Origin: Paracoccaceae bacterium
GTDB taxonomy: Bacteria; Pseudomonadota; Alphaproteobacteria; Rhodobacterales; Rhodobacteraceae
Length of the DNA: 64,000 bases
Direction of reading: 5' to 3'
NCBI GenBank assembly: GCA_043561795.1
Contig: CP121316.1
Location: 754,061-818,060 of the forward strand
The notes under the pieces were generated by a model. The model was not told the DNA's origin and did no database searches. It saw nothing but the letters and a program-made list of their open reading frames with translations. A program made the position numbers and the translations under genes. Below are positions 1 to 8,865 of the stretch, piece by piece. The first letter of the stretch is position 1, and each line of letters opens with the position of its first letter.

Positions 1-10
1 CTATGCGGCC

Positions 11-1846
11 ATGGTGATGGATGCCCGCAACGGTGAAGTGATCTTCGCGCGCAATCATGATACCCGCCTGCACCCTGCCTCTCTGACAAAGATGATGACG
101 CTTTATGTGGCGTTCGAGGCCGTCAAACACGGCGAAGTCACGCTGGACACGCAATTCACCGTAAGTGCGCGCGCGGCAGGCACCTCTTGTGTGTGCCTTG
201 GGTTGCGCCCCGGCCAGCGCATCGCGCTGCGGTATCTGATTCGCGCTGCGGCGCTGCGCTCTGCCAATGATGCCTCTGTGGTGATCGCCGAAGGGATTTC
301 CGGCTCTGTCGAGGCATTTGCCGATCGTATGACGCGCACCGCCCGCGCGATGGGCATGTCAAACACCACCTTTCACAACCCCCACGGGCTGACACAGGCT
401 GGCCATCTGTCAAGCGCGCGGGACATGACCATTCTGGGCCGCCAGCTTTATTTTGATTATCCGCAATATTTCAACATCTTCTCCCGGCGCAGTGATCATG
501 CGGGCGTGGCGACCGTGCCCAATACCAACCGCCGTTTTCTGGATGCCTATTCTGGTGCAGACGGGATCAAGACAGGATTCACACGCGCGGCAGGGTTCAA
601 TCTGACAGCCTCGGCCAGACGCGGCGACAAGCATATCATCGCCACCATGTTTGGCGGCAGTTCGACAGCGGCGCGCAATGCGCATGTGGCCGAATTGCTG
701 GATATCGGCTTTAGCCGCGCAAGCGCGCGTGTGGCCACGCGCGCGCCTGCAACCCCGGCCTATCAGGGGCGGGGGGCTGTTGCCGTGGCGCAGGCCCCTG
801 CCGCCACCCGCAATGGCGACGAGGATACATCCGCCGCCGCCAAGACGATCCGGTTGCAAATGGCCGTGCGCTCCAGCCCGCGCCCGGCCGCGCGCCCGAT
901 GCGCGCGCCTGATCCGGCGGTGTTGCTGGCTGTGCGCGAAAGCGTGGATGCGGTGGTTTCTGAAATTGCGGCCGCGCAGCCGCCCGCGCCCGCGCCCGTC
1001 GCGGAACTGGCAACAGTTGCGCCTCAACCGGTGATGGATGCGCCGCCTGCGCGCCCGGAGTCTCTGGCCGTTGCCGATGCCCCGCAAACAGAGCTGGATG
1101 TGGCGCTTGCGGCAGGGTTCCGCCTTGCTGATCCGGAATTTCTGGAAGGAACAGAAGCCGCGACAGATGCCGATGCCCTGACCCTGACAGAGGCAAGCCC
1201 CATCCCCGAAGCGCGCCCGGAGGGGCTGGCAAAGGCTGTGGCCGAAACCCAGATGGCCGAACCCGATGCAGCCCCCGGCGCAGATACCCTGATTGCACTG
1301 GCAGAGGCCCCGCTGCCGCAAGCCTCTGGGGCAGATGAGATGCGCGACGATCCAGATGCGCTGACATGGCTTGGCGCAGAGGCCTCTTTCTTCGATGATG
1401 GGCCAGAGCCGATTGAAGATATGACAGCTCATGCCGATCTGGATATTGGCGCAGGTGCGATCCCTGCGGCGGTGCAATCCGGGATTATCCTGACAAGCTC
1501 CACCCGCAATCTGGAAACGCAGGCGATTGCGGCCGCCCTCGAGGCACAGATTGACAGCCAGCCCCAAGGGGCGGCCCCGGAAATCGTGCCGCGCCTGTCC
1601 ACCTCGGATGGCGGGCGGCTTTGGGGGGTGTCCTTGGGGCAGTTCAATTCGCGCGCGGCCGCCGAACGCAGCCTGATCACGGTCAAGATGGCAGAGGCCA
1701 ATTCGCTGGGCAATGGCGTTAGCCGCATTCGCCAGACAAGCGGGCGGTTTGAAGCGGCCTTTGCCGGCCTGACCCAGACAGAGGCAGAGCGCGCCTGCCT
1801 GCGCCTGCAAGCGCGCAGCATGGAGTGCGCTGTCGCCTATCCGTGA
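11..1846 (+). CDS. D-alanyl-D-alanine carboxypeptidase (peptidase S11) with long Ala/Pro/acidic linker and C-terminal SPOR-like domain; 5' end probably lies outside the window
   Basis: SxxK (SLTK), SxN (SAN) and KTG motifs. The frame is open back to base 2 (TAT GCG GCC ATG). C-terminal WGVSLGQF...ACLRLQARSMEC resembles SPOR. Confidence 0.9.
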   Translation: MVMDARNGEVIFARNHDTRLHPASLTKMMTLYVAFEAVKHGEVTLDTQFTVSARAAGTSCVCLGLRPGQRIALRYLIRAAALRSANDASVVIAEGISGSVEAFADRMTRTARAMGMSNTTFHNPHGLTQAGHLSSARDMTILGRQLYFDYPQYFNIFSRRSDHAGVATVPNTNRRFLDAYSGADGIKTGFTRAAGFNLTASARRGDKHIIATMFGGSSTAARNAHVAELLDIGFSRASARVATRAPATPAYQGRGAVAVAQAPAATRNGDEDTSAAAKTIRLQMAVRSSPRPAARPMRAPDPAVLLAVRESVDAVVSEIAAAQPPAPAPVAELATVAPQPVMDAPPARPESLAVADAPQTELDVALAAGFRLADPEFLEGTEAATDADALTLTEASPIPEARPEGLAKAVAETQMAEPDAAPGADTLIALAEAPLPQASGADEMRDDPDALTWLGAEASFFDDGPEPIEDMTAHADLDIGAGAIPAAVQSGIILTSSTRNLETQAIAAALEAQIDSQPQGAAPEIVPRLSTSDGGRLWGVSLGQFNSRAAAERSLITVKMAEANSLGNGVSRIRQTSGRFEAAFAGLTQTEAERACLRLQARSMECAVAYP

Positions 1847-1892
1847 CAGCGGCGCCGCTAGCGCCGCGCCTTGCGGCGCTGTATGATGCCAC

Positions 1893-3146
1893 ATGCCCGC
1901 ATTCTGCCGTGATTGCCTGACCAGATTTGACCAAGGGCCGCGCTGCCCTGCATGCCACTCGCCCCGCGTGCTGGCCGGGGCGGAACTGTTTGATCTGGCG
2001 ATTGCCCATATGGATTGCGATGCCTTTTATGCCAGCGTGGAAAAGCGCGACAACCCGGCGCTGCGCAACACGCCCGTGATCGTGGGCGGGGGCCAGCGCG
2101 GGGTGGTGACAACCGCGTGCTATATCGCGCGTATTCGTGGCGTGCGCTCGGCCATGCCAATGTTCAAGGCGCTCAAGCTTTGCCCCGAAGCCGTGGTCGT
2201 GAAACCGCGTTTTGCGGCCTATGAGGCCGCCTCGCGCGAGATACGCGCGATGATGCAAGACCTGACACCCGCCATTGAACCCCTCTCGCTGGACGAGGCA
2301 TTTCTGGATCTGTCAGGCACAGCGCGCCTGCAGGGCGCCCCGCCTGCGGTGCTGATGGCCGGGCTTGTGCGCCGGATGGAGCGAGAGTTGCGGCTTTCCG
2401 GCTCTGTGGGCCTGTCGCATAACAAGTTTCTGGCCAAGATCGCCTCGGATCTGGACAAGCCGCGCGGCTTTTCTGTCATCGGGCGGGCGGATACTGCAGA
2501 TTTTCTGCGCGGCAAGCCCATGGGGATCATCTGGGGGGTGGGCGCGGCCCTGCGGGCGCAATTGGAACGCGCGGGCATTGCCACGATTGATGATCTTTTG
2601 CGCTGGGATCAGTCCGATCTGGTGGCGCGGTTTGGGGCAACGGGCACGCGGCTTTGGCACTTGGCGCGCGGGCAGGATGCCCGGCGCGTAGCCCCTGACC
2701 GCGATGTGAAATCCATTTCCAAGGAAAGCACCTTTGACACCGATCTTGCAGAGGAGGGGCTTCTGGATGGGCATTTATGGCGGCTGGCCGATCAGGTCTC
2801 GCAGCGGGCAAAGGCGCGGGGGCTGGCCGGGCGGGTGGTTACGCTAAAGCTGAAGCGTGCGGATTTCCGCAGCCTGACGCGGCAAACCAGCCTGCACAGC
2901 CCCACGGCGCTGGCCGATGTGATCTATCGCAGCGCGCGGCCCTTGCTGGCGCAGGCCATGACGGCCGCGCCCTTTCGGCTGCTGGGCGTGGGCATATCGG
3001 ATCTCTGCCCAGATAGCGGCCCCGGTTTCAGCCCCGATTTGCTGGATCCCGACGCCGCAAAACGCGCAGAGGCCGAACGCGCCATGGACAAGCTGCGCGC
3101 CCGGTTCGGGCCAGATGCCGTGGTGAAGGGGCGCGCGCTGCGATAG
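1893..3146 (+). CDS. dinB: DNA polymerase IV (Y-family) with N-terminal zinc-ribbon
   Basis: HMDCDAFYASVE, YIARIRGVRSAMP, SLDEAFLD and KFLAKIASD motifs; CxxC...CxxC N-terminus typical of alphaproteobacterial DinB. Confidence 0.95.
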   Translation: MPAFCRDCLTRFDQGPRCPACHSPRVLAGAELFDLAIAHMDCDAFYASVEKRDNPALRNTPVIVGGGQRGVVTTACYIARIRGVRSAMPMFKALKLCPEAVVVKPRFAAYEAASREIRAMMQDLTPAIEPLSLDEAFLDLSGTARLQGAPPAVLMAGLVRRMERELRLSGSVGLSHNKFLAKIASDLDKPRGFSVIGRADTADFLRGKPMGIIWGVGAALRAQLERAGIATIDDLLRWDQSDLVARFGATGTRLWHLARGQDARRVAPDRDVKSISKESTFDTDLAEEGLLDGHLWRLADQVSQRAKARGLAGRVVTLKLKRADFRSLTRQTSLHSPTALADVIYRSARPLLAQAMTAAPFRLLGVGISDLCPDSGPGFSPDLLDPDAAKRAEAERAMDKLRARFGPDAVVKGRALR

Positions 3147-3184
3147 CGCGCCGAAGCAGGCATGACACGCTGTTTAATACGGGC

Positions 3185-3905
3185 TTTGAGCGGGTTGGGG
3201 ACATTAGGGTAGCGCACCAAGCCGCGCAGCGCTGGGCCGCGGGGCGGCGATCTGGCCTTGAGGCTAAGCGGTTTATGGCGGCAATGTCCCCGCGAAATTC
3301 AGGCTAAGCGCAGGTTGCAGCCAAATCGCCGTGCCGGGGGGCGGCCCGGCGATGCGCGGCGGACTGCGGCCTTTGCTCCGCGCGAGGGGCGCAAGGGCCA
3401 AGCGATGCGCTCCGATGCAAAGCCAATCCTCACCTTGAGGCTGATATCATGCCTTCCCCAAAGACAGGGCAGAAAGACAAGCCGCGCAGCGTCGGGCCGC
3501 GGTGCGGCGATCCATCCGCAGGGCTATGTCACTTTATGGCGGCAATATCCGGGCGACATTTAAGCTCAGCGCCCACGGCAGCCAAATCGCCGGGCCGAGG
3601 GGGCGGCCCTTTGAGGCGCGGCGGCCTTCGGCCTTTGCTCCGCGCTTGGTGAGGGGGCTAAGCGATGCGCTTCTATGCAAAGCCGCCAGTCACCGTGTGC
3701 GTGATATCCTTGCCTTCTCCAATGACGGAGCAAAAAGACAAGCCGCGCAGTGCTGGGCCGCGGGGCGGCGATCCGACCGGGGGGCTAAGCGCTTTATGGC
3801 GGCAATGTCCCCGCGAAATTCAGGCTAAGCGCAGGTTGCAGCCAAATCGCCGTGCCGGGGGGCGGCCCGGCGATGCGCGGCGGCCTGCGGCCTTGATTCC
3901 GCGCA
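3185..3905. repeat. Tandem array of three ~260-bp structured repeat units (third unit partial)
   Basis: CAAGCCGCGCAG unit starts at 3218, 3478 and 3739 (periods 260 and 261). 3272-3362 is identical to 3793-3883 (91 bp). The inter-core linkers are also homologous (AGCGATGCGCT..ATGCAAAGCC...GATATC..TGCCTT). Confidence 0.95.
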
Positions 3906-3994
3906 AGGGTTCGGCCTCAACGTCCTCTCTCCCACCCAAAGCTGCCCGTCATGCCGGAACCATCCGTCAGGTGCGGGCCACTAGTTTACCCCTG

Positions 3995-6160
3995 TCAGTT
4001 CCCGCCGAAAATCGCGCCCAGCACGCCGCGAATCGCATCTTCAAGCGGGGTCGTGCCACCGATTTGCCCCCCGCCGCCCTGCCGCGGCACAAAGGATTGC
4101 GGCGGCTCGAACACCGGCTGTTCCGGCTGGATCATGGGCAGGGGGCGCGGGGTCAGCCCCTCATGCACGCGGCTCATGGTTTCGCGCCAGATTTCGGGAG
4201 GCAATCCGCCGCCCGTTACCCCGGTAAGGGGCGAGTTGTCGTCATAGCCCATCCAGACGCCCGCCACGTAATCGGCGGTAAAGCCCAGAAACCACGCATC
4301 GCGCGCAGCCTGTGTCGTGCCGGTCTTGGCCGCAACATCCCAGCCATTCAGGCGCGCGCGCTGGCCTGTGCCCTCTGCGACAACGCGGGTCATCATCCAT
4401 GTCAGCACCTGCGCCGAACGTTCCGAGATGACCCGATCCCCAATCCCGGTGCTGGCCCCGAACAGCGGTGCGGGATCTTCCAGCAGGCGCAGTTCGGAAA
4501 TGCCATAGGGGCGCACTGCACTGCCGCCATTCAGGATACCCGCATAGGCGGCGGTCATTTCCAGCAAATTGGCCTCGGACGCGCCCAGTGCCAGGGCGGG
4601 GCCTTCGGCCAGATCACTGTGCAGGCCGAATTGATTGGCCACCTCACGCACCCGCGCCCGGCCCATCGCTTCGGATATCCGCACGGCGGGGGTGTTGAGA
4701 GAGCGCGCAAGCGCCTCTGTCAGGGTAACAAAGCCATGAAACTGGTTGTCATAATTGCGCGGCGACCATGGGCCAGAGCCGGGGATATTGATGGTCAGCG
4801 GCGCATCTTCCACAATGTCGAACGGTTCAAACCCGTTTTCCAGCGCGGCAGCGAACAGGAAGGGTTTGAAGGAAGAGCCGGTTTGCCGCATCGCCTGTGT
4901 GGCGCGGTTGAACCCGCCCACTTGCGCCGAGCGCCCGCCCACCATGGCGCGCACAGCCCCATCCGCAGACATGACAACAACCGCCACTTCGGCCTCTGAT
5001 CCTTCGCGCACGCGGTTTGCAAACACCTCTGTCACCGCCGCCTCTGTGGCCGCCTGAAGGCGCGGATCAAAGGTGGTGCGCATGATCACATCTTCTGTGG
5101 TGGTGCGGGTCAGAAATGCGGGGCCGGATTGCATCAGCCAATCTGCGAAATGAATCCCGCGCGGCGCTTCGGCATTTGCCGATAGTGTTGCAGGAAATGA
5201 CCGGGCTTCGGCCACTTCATACTCTGTCAGATACCCTTCCTGCTGCATCAGCCCGATCACCACATTCGCACGATCCTGCGCGCGGCGCAGGTTGCGCGTG
5301 GGCGCATAGAGCGACGGCGCCACCAGAAGGCCCGCCAGCATCGCGGCTTCGGATGGGCCAACTTCGGCAGCCGAGCGGCCAAAATAGCGCTGCGCCGCAG
5401 CTTCAAACCCGCGCGATCCGGCCCCCAAAAAGGCGCGGTTCATGTAGATGGTCAGAATTTCATCCTTGCTGAAGCGCGCTTCCAGCGCAAAGGCATAGGG
5501 CAATTCCTGTATCTTGCGCCAGACAGTGCCCCGGCGGCAGTCTGCTTCATAGGCGGCCTCTGAGTCCCATTGCGCCGGATCGAACACGACACCAAGGCAG
5601 AGCAGCTTGGCCACCTGCTGCGTGATGGTAGAGCCACCCGCCCCGGAAAACGCCCCGCGCCCGGATTGCAAGTTAGACCGAATCGCCCCGGCGATCCCGC
5701 GCGGTGATACGCCCAGATGCCAGTAAAAGCGCCTGTCTTCGGTTGCTATGATGGCATTCTTCAAATGGGGAGAGACTGTTTGCGCGGTGATGATGCCGCC
5801 AAATGTTTCGCCGCGCCATGCAAAGACATTGCCATCTTTGTCCAGCATCGTGACAGAGCCGCGCGCGCGCGCATCCAGCAAGTCCGAAAGCGGCGGCATG
5901 GTCATGTAAAAATAAGAGCTTGCCAGCAGTAGCAACATGCCGACAGTCGCGCCAAGGCGCCATGTCACACCCCAAGCCAGCCGCCATACAAGGCCGATCG
6001 TGCCGCGAATGAAGCGCATGACGATATTGCCTTCCTTGCGCTTTGGGGCAGGTTTGCGCTGGCGGGCCGGGGTTGCCTTTTGGGCCGCGGTTGCTTTGCG
6101 CGCTGGCGCGTTGCGCCGATCCGCCACCAATTTGCGCCCGCTGCCGCCAGAACTGCCCAT
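3995..6160 (-). CDS. Class A penicillin-binding protein (PBP1A family, transglycosylase/transpeptidase)
   Basis: EDRRF, GGSTITQQ, RKIQE and EILTIYMN transglycosylase motifs; GSSFKP (SxxK), SLN and KTG transpeptidase motifs; N-terminal TM segment. Confidence 0.93.
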   Translation of the reverse strand: MGSSGGSGRKLVADRRNAPARKATAAQKATPARQRKPAPKRKEGNIVMRFIRGTIGLVWRLAWGVTWRLGATVGMLLLLASSYFYMTMPPLSDLLDARARGSVTMLDKDGNVFAWRGETFGGIITAQTVSPHLKNAIIATEDRRFYWHLGVSPRGIAGAIRSNLQSGRGAFSGAGGSTITQQVAKLLCLGVVFDPAQWDSEAAYEADCRRGTVWRKIQELPYAFALEARFSKDEILTIYMNRAFLGAGSRGFEAAAQRYFGRSAAEVGPSEAAMLAGLLVAPSLYAPTRNLRRAQDRANVVIGLMQQEGYLTEYEVAEARSFPATLSANAEAPRGIHFADWLMQSGPAFLTRTTTEDVIMRTTFDPRLQAATEAAVTEVFANRVREGSEAEVAVVVMSADGAVRAMVGGRSAQVGGFNRATQAMRQTGSSFKPFLFAAALENGFEPFDIVEDAPLTINIPGSGPWSPRNYDNQFHGFVTLTEALARSLNTPAVRISEAMGRARVREVANQFGLHSDLAEGPALALGASEANLLEMTAAYAGILNGGSAVRPYGISELRLLEDPAPLFGASTGIGDRVISERSAQVLTWMMTRVVAEGTGQRARLNGWDVAAKTGTTQAARDAWFLGFTADYVAGVWMGYDDNSPLTGVTGGGLPPEIWRETMSRVHEGLTPRPLPMIQPEQPVFEPPQSFVPRQGGGGQIGGTTPLEDAIRGVLGAIFGGN

Positions 6161-6292
6161 ATCTCAAACCTGCTTGCCGGGGTGCTGTCCCATTTTAATG
6201 GCTTTTTGCGTGAATCTGCCATGTTTGCCACCAGATTACCACTGCAATCGCGGGAAGTTGTTTACCCGCGCGCCAGCCCGCCATCATCTTTT

Positions 6293-6339
6293 CGCCTAAT
6301 TTTTGTGCAATGCTTCTTTTTTGTGCACATATTTGTGCA
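6293..6339. promoter_or_regulatory. Candidate tandem NtrC-binding sites upstream of glnK-amtB
   Basis: 17-bp CGCCTAATTTTTGTGCA (6293-6309) and TGCTTCTTTTTTGTGCA (6311-6327) fit the NtrC TGC-N11-GCA pattern. A third, 16-bp palindrome TGCACATATTTGTGCA lies at 6324-6339. Confidence 0.55.
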
Positions 6340-6456
6340 AATTACCCCGGAACCCCCTGCCGCAGCGCGGCAAGATATTGAGAAATGCCCCCCGCACCTC
6401 ACTGATTGGCCCTGTGCGATCCTTTGGACACTCGCTCAGAAGAAAGGGGATGACCT

Positions 6457-6795
6457 GTGAAATACATCATTGCGACAATCAAGCCCTTCAAGCTTGAAGA
6501 AGTCCGCGAAGCGCTGACGGGTATCGGCGTGCGCGGCATGATGGTCACCGAGATCAAGGGGTTCGGTGCCCAATCGGGCCATACGGAAATCTATCGCGGC
6601 GCTGAATATGCCGTGAATTTCGTGCCCAAGATCAAGCTGGAAATCGCTGTTTCCGATGCGATGGCCGATCAGGTGGTGGAAACGCTGCAAAAAACGGCGC
6701 GCACCGACAAAATCGGCGATGGCAAGATTTTCGTGCTTGATCTGGCCGCGGCTACCCGCGTGCGCACTGGAGAAACCGGCGATGACGCGCTCTGA
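6457..6795 (+). CDS. glnK: Nitrogen regulatory protein P-II (GlnK)
   Basis: 112 aa; T-loop EIYRGAEY, GDGKIFV and RVRTGE motifs; directly upstream of amtB; GTG start. Confidence 0.95.
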   Translation: MKYIIATIKPFKLEEVREALTGIGVRGMMVTEIKGFGAQSGHTEIYRGAEYAVNFVPKIKLEIAVSDAMADQVVETLQKTARTDKIGDGKIFVLDLAAATRVRTGETGDDAL

Positions 6796-6832
6796 GCCTT
6801 TGGCAGCAAGATTTCAGGAAGGACAACACAAG

Positions 6833-8185
6833 ATGCAACTGAAAACCTTACTCCCGCTTACCGCTGCGGCAGGCCTTTTGCCAAGCCTTGGGTTTGCGCA
6901 GGAAGAAAGCACTGTCGCCGAAGCTCTGGAAGCGGTGGCAACGCTGAACACTGAAATGGTGTTCATCATGAACTCGCTGCTGTTTCTTGTCGGCGGCTTT
7001 CTGGTGTTTTTCATGGCGGCAGGCTTCTGCATGCTGGAAACCGGGCTGGTGCGTTCCAAAAACGCGACAATGCAGGCCACAAAGAACGTGGCGCTTTTCT
7101 CGCTGGCCGCGATTGCCTATTTCATCGTCGGCTTCAACCTGATGTATCCGGGCGATGGCTGGGTGATTGAAGGCATGCTTGGCGGTTTCTCTGCCACTGA
7201 GCTGGAGCCTGTGGGCGTGACCGCCGAAGATGTCTATGACGTGACATATGCCTCTGTCGGGTCGGATTTCATCTTTCAGCTGATGTTCTGTGCCGCTGTC
7301 GCCTCTATCGTGTCGGGCGCTGTGGCCGAACGCATCAAGCTGTGGCCGTTCCTTGTGTTCGTGGTTGTGCTGACAGGCGTGATCTACCCGATTCAGGCAA
7401 GCTGGAGCTGGGGCGGCGGTTTCCTGTCTGAAATGGGCTTCTCCGATTTCGCAGGTTCCTCCATCGTGCATGCCGCAGGCGGCTGGGCCGCGCTGGCCGG
7501 GGTGCTGGTGCTGGGTGCACGCTATGGCAAATACGGCAAAGATGGCCGCGTGACAGTCATGCCGGGTTCCAACCTGCCGCTGGCAACACTGGGCATGTTC
7601 ATTCTGTGGCTGGGTTGGTTTGGGTTCAATGGCGGCTCTCAGCTGGCCATGGGCACAATCTCTGATGTGGCCGATGTAAGCCGGATTTTCGCCAACACGA
7701 ACACTGCTGCGTCTGGTGGTGCTGTGGCCGCGCTGATCCTCTCGACCCTGCTTTACAAAAAGCCTGACCTGACGATGGTGCTGAACGGCGCGCTGGCTGG
7801 CCTCGTGTCGATCACCGCAGAACCGCTGGCCCCCTCGCTGGGTGCGGCAACGCTGATCGGTGCTGTTGGTGGTGTGATCGTCGTGTTCACCGTGCCGCTG
7901 CTGGACAAGCTGAAAATCGATGATGTGGTCGGTGCGATCCCGGTTCACCTGTTTGCAGGTCTGTGGGGCACGATGGCTGTGCCGCTCAGCAATAGCGATG
8001 CAAGCTTTGTGACGCAGTTTATCGGCATGGCGATCATCGGGGCCTTCATGTTCACTGTATCGCTGGTGGTGTGGTTGATCCTGAAAGCGGTGATGGGCAT
8101 TCGCATCAGCGACGAAGATCAGGTCACAGGGTTGGATAAGACGGAAATGGGGATGGAAGCCTATCCCGAATTCGGCAACACCTGA
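6833..8185 (+). CDS. amtB: Ammonium transporter
   Basis: DFAGSSIVHAAGG, WFGFNGGS and DDVVGAIPVH motifs; signal-peptide-like N-terminus; AGGAAGGA RBS before ATG 6833. Confidence 0.96.
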   Translation: MQLKTLLPLTAAAGLLPSLGFAQEESTVAEALEAVATLNTEMVFIMNSLLFLVGGFLVFFMAAGFCMLETGLVRSKNATMQATKNVALFSLAAIAYFIVGFNLMYPGDGWVIEGMLGGFSATELEPVGVTAEDVYDVTYASVGSDFIFQLMFCAAVASIVSGAVAERIKLWPFLVFVVVLTGVIYPIQASWSWGGGFLSEMGFSDFAGSSIVHAAGGWAALAGVLVLGARYGKYGKDGRVTVMPGSNLPLATLGMFILWLGWFGFNGGSQLAMGTISDVADVSRIFANTNTAASGGAVAALILSTLLYKKPDLTMVLNGALAGLVSITAEPLAPSLGAATLIGAVGGVIVVFTVPLLDKLKIDDVVGAIPVHLFAGLWGTMAVPLSNSDASFVTQFIGMAIIGAFMFTVSLVVWLILKAVMGIRISDEDQVTGLDKTEMGMEAYPEFGNT

Positions 8186-8206
8186 GACTTGCCCAAGCGA
8201 GACGAC

Positions 8207-8235
8207 AAGGCCCCGCGCAGCTTGCGCGGGGCCTT
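8207..8235 (+). terminator. Rho-independent terminator-like hairpin after amtB
   Basis: AAGGCCCCGCGCA-gct-TGCGCGGGGCCTT is a 13-bp perfect stem followed by TGTGA. Confidence 0.75.
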
Positions 8236-8351
8236 TGTGATGGGAAAGAGTGGCAAATATGCGCCCGGCCTTGCATGTTTGGGATAAGTTTCGCCAGATA
8301 CTGCGAAGGGCGCTTATGGGGGGAGAGGGGGAAAGTCAGAGCTAATTGCCC

Positions 8352-8546
8352 TGCGCGGAGTCAAGGCCGCAGGCCGCCGCGCCTCAAAGGGCCGCCCCCC
8401 GGCACGGCGATTTGGCTGCACCCTGCGCATAGCGTGAGTTTCGCGCGGATTTGGCCAGCATAAAGTGACATAGCCCTGCGGATGGATCGCCGCACCGCGG
8501 CCCGACGCTGCGCGGCTTTGCGCCCTCCCCCAATGTCGCCTAACCG
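8352..8546 (-). repeat. Inverted copy of the 3.2-3.9 kb repeat unit
   Basis: 8459-8518 is the exact reverse complement of 3479-3538 (60 bp). The remainder matches units 1, 2 and 3 in mosaic fashion. Confidence 0.93.
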
Positions 8547-8581
8547 CACCAAGCCCGGTTAACAGGGGCCGCAGGCCCCCC

Positions 8582-8711
8582 GGGCAGCGCCCGACCGCCC
8601 CCAGGGCGGGCGCTTTGCTGCCACAGGCGCGGGGATTGAGGTCACGGGGGATTGTGCGATAAAGTGCAGACCACAGATGTCAGAGTGCCCACCCGCGGTC
8701 GGGCGCTGCCC
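8582..8711. repeat. REP-like doublet (second repeat family): two GC-rich hairpins in inverted orientation
   Basis: GGGCAGCGCCCGACCG (8582-8597) and its perfect reverse complement CGGTCGGGCGCTGCCC (8696-8711); each arm can also fold into its own hairpin. Confidence 0.8.
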
Positions 8712-8754
8712 TGTCCTGTGCAGGACGCCTTAAGGGGCGCGGTTGAGCAGCGCT

Positions 8755-8820
8755 GCGCGGCGGCCTTCGGCCTTTGCTCCGCGCTTGGTGCTTCACTCAG
8801 ATGTCCCCAACCCGCTCAAA
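8755..8820 (+). repeat. 3' fragment of the family-1 repeat carrying the inverted terminal motif
   Basis: 8755-8790 is identical to 3616-3651 (36 bp). 8801-8820 ATGTCCCCAACCCGCTCAAA is the exact reverse complement of 3185-3204. Confidence 0.9.
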
Positions 8821-8865
8821 CCTGCCCTTGAGCACCCACAGTCAGGCGCAAAACACGCGCGGGGG

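Noticed and set aside
1847-1892. LexA (GTTC-N7-GTTC) box upstream of dinB
   Set aside because: Not present; the spacer has only two short GC palindromes (AGCGGCGCCGCT; AGCGCCGC/GCGGCGCT).
3185-3905. CRISPR array interpretation of the tandem repeats
   Set aside because: The period is 260 bp, the inter-core segments are homologous rather than unique spacers, there is no 23-47 bp repeat unit and no cas gene is in the window.
3258-4999. ORFs crossing the repeat array (3258-3563, 3449-3652, 3502-3828, 3665-4999)
   Set aside because: The frame is not conserved between units, the products are Arg/Gly-rich with no motifs, and the longest is an antisense shadow of pbp1A.
6400-6430. Sigma54 -24/-12 promoter for glnK
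   Set aside because: TTGGCCCTGTGCGATC lacks the GC at the -12 position.
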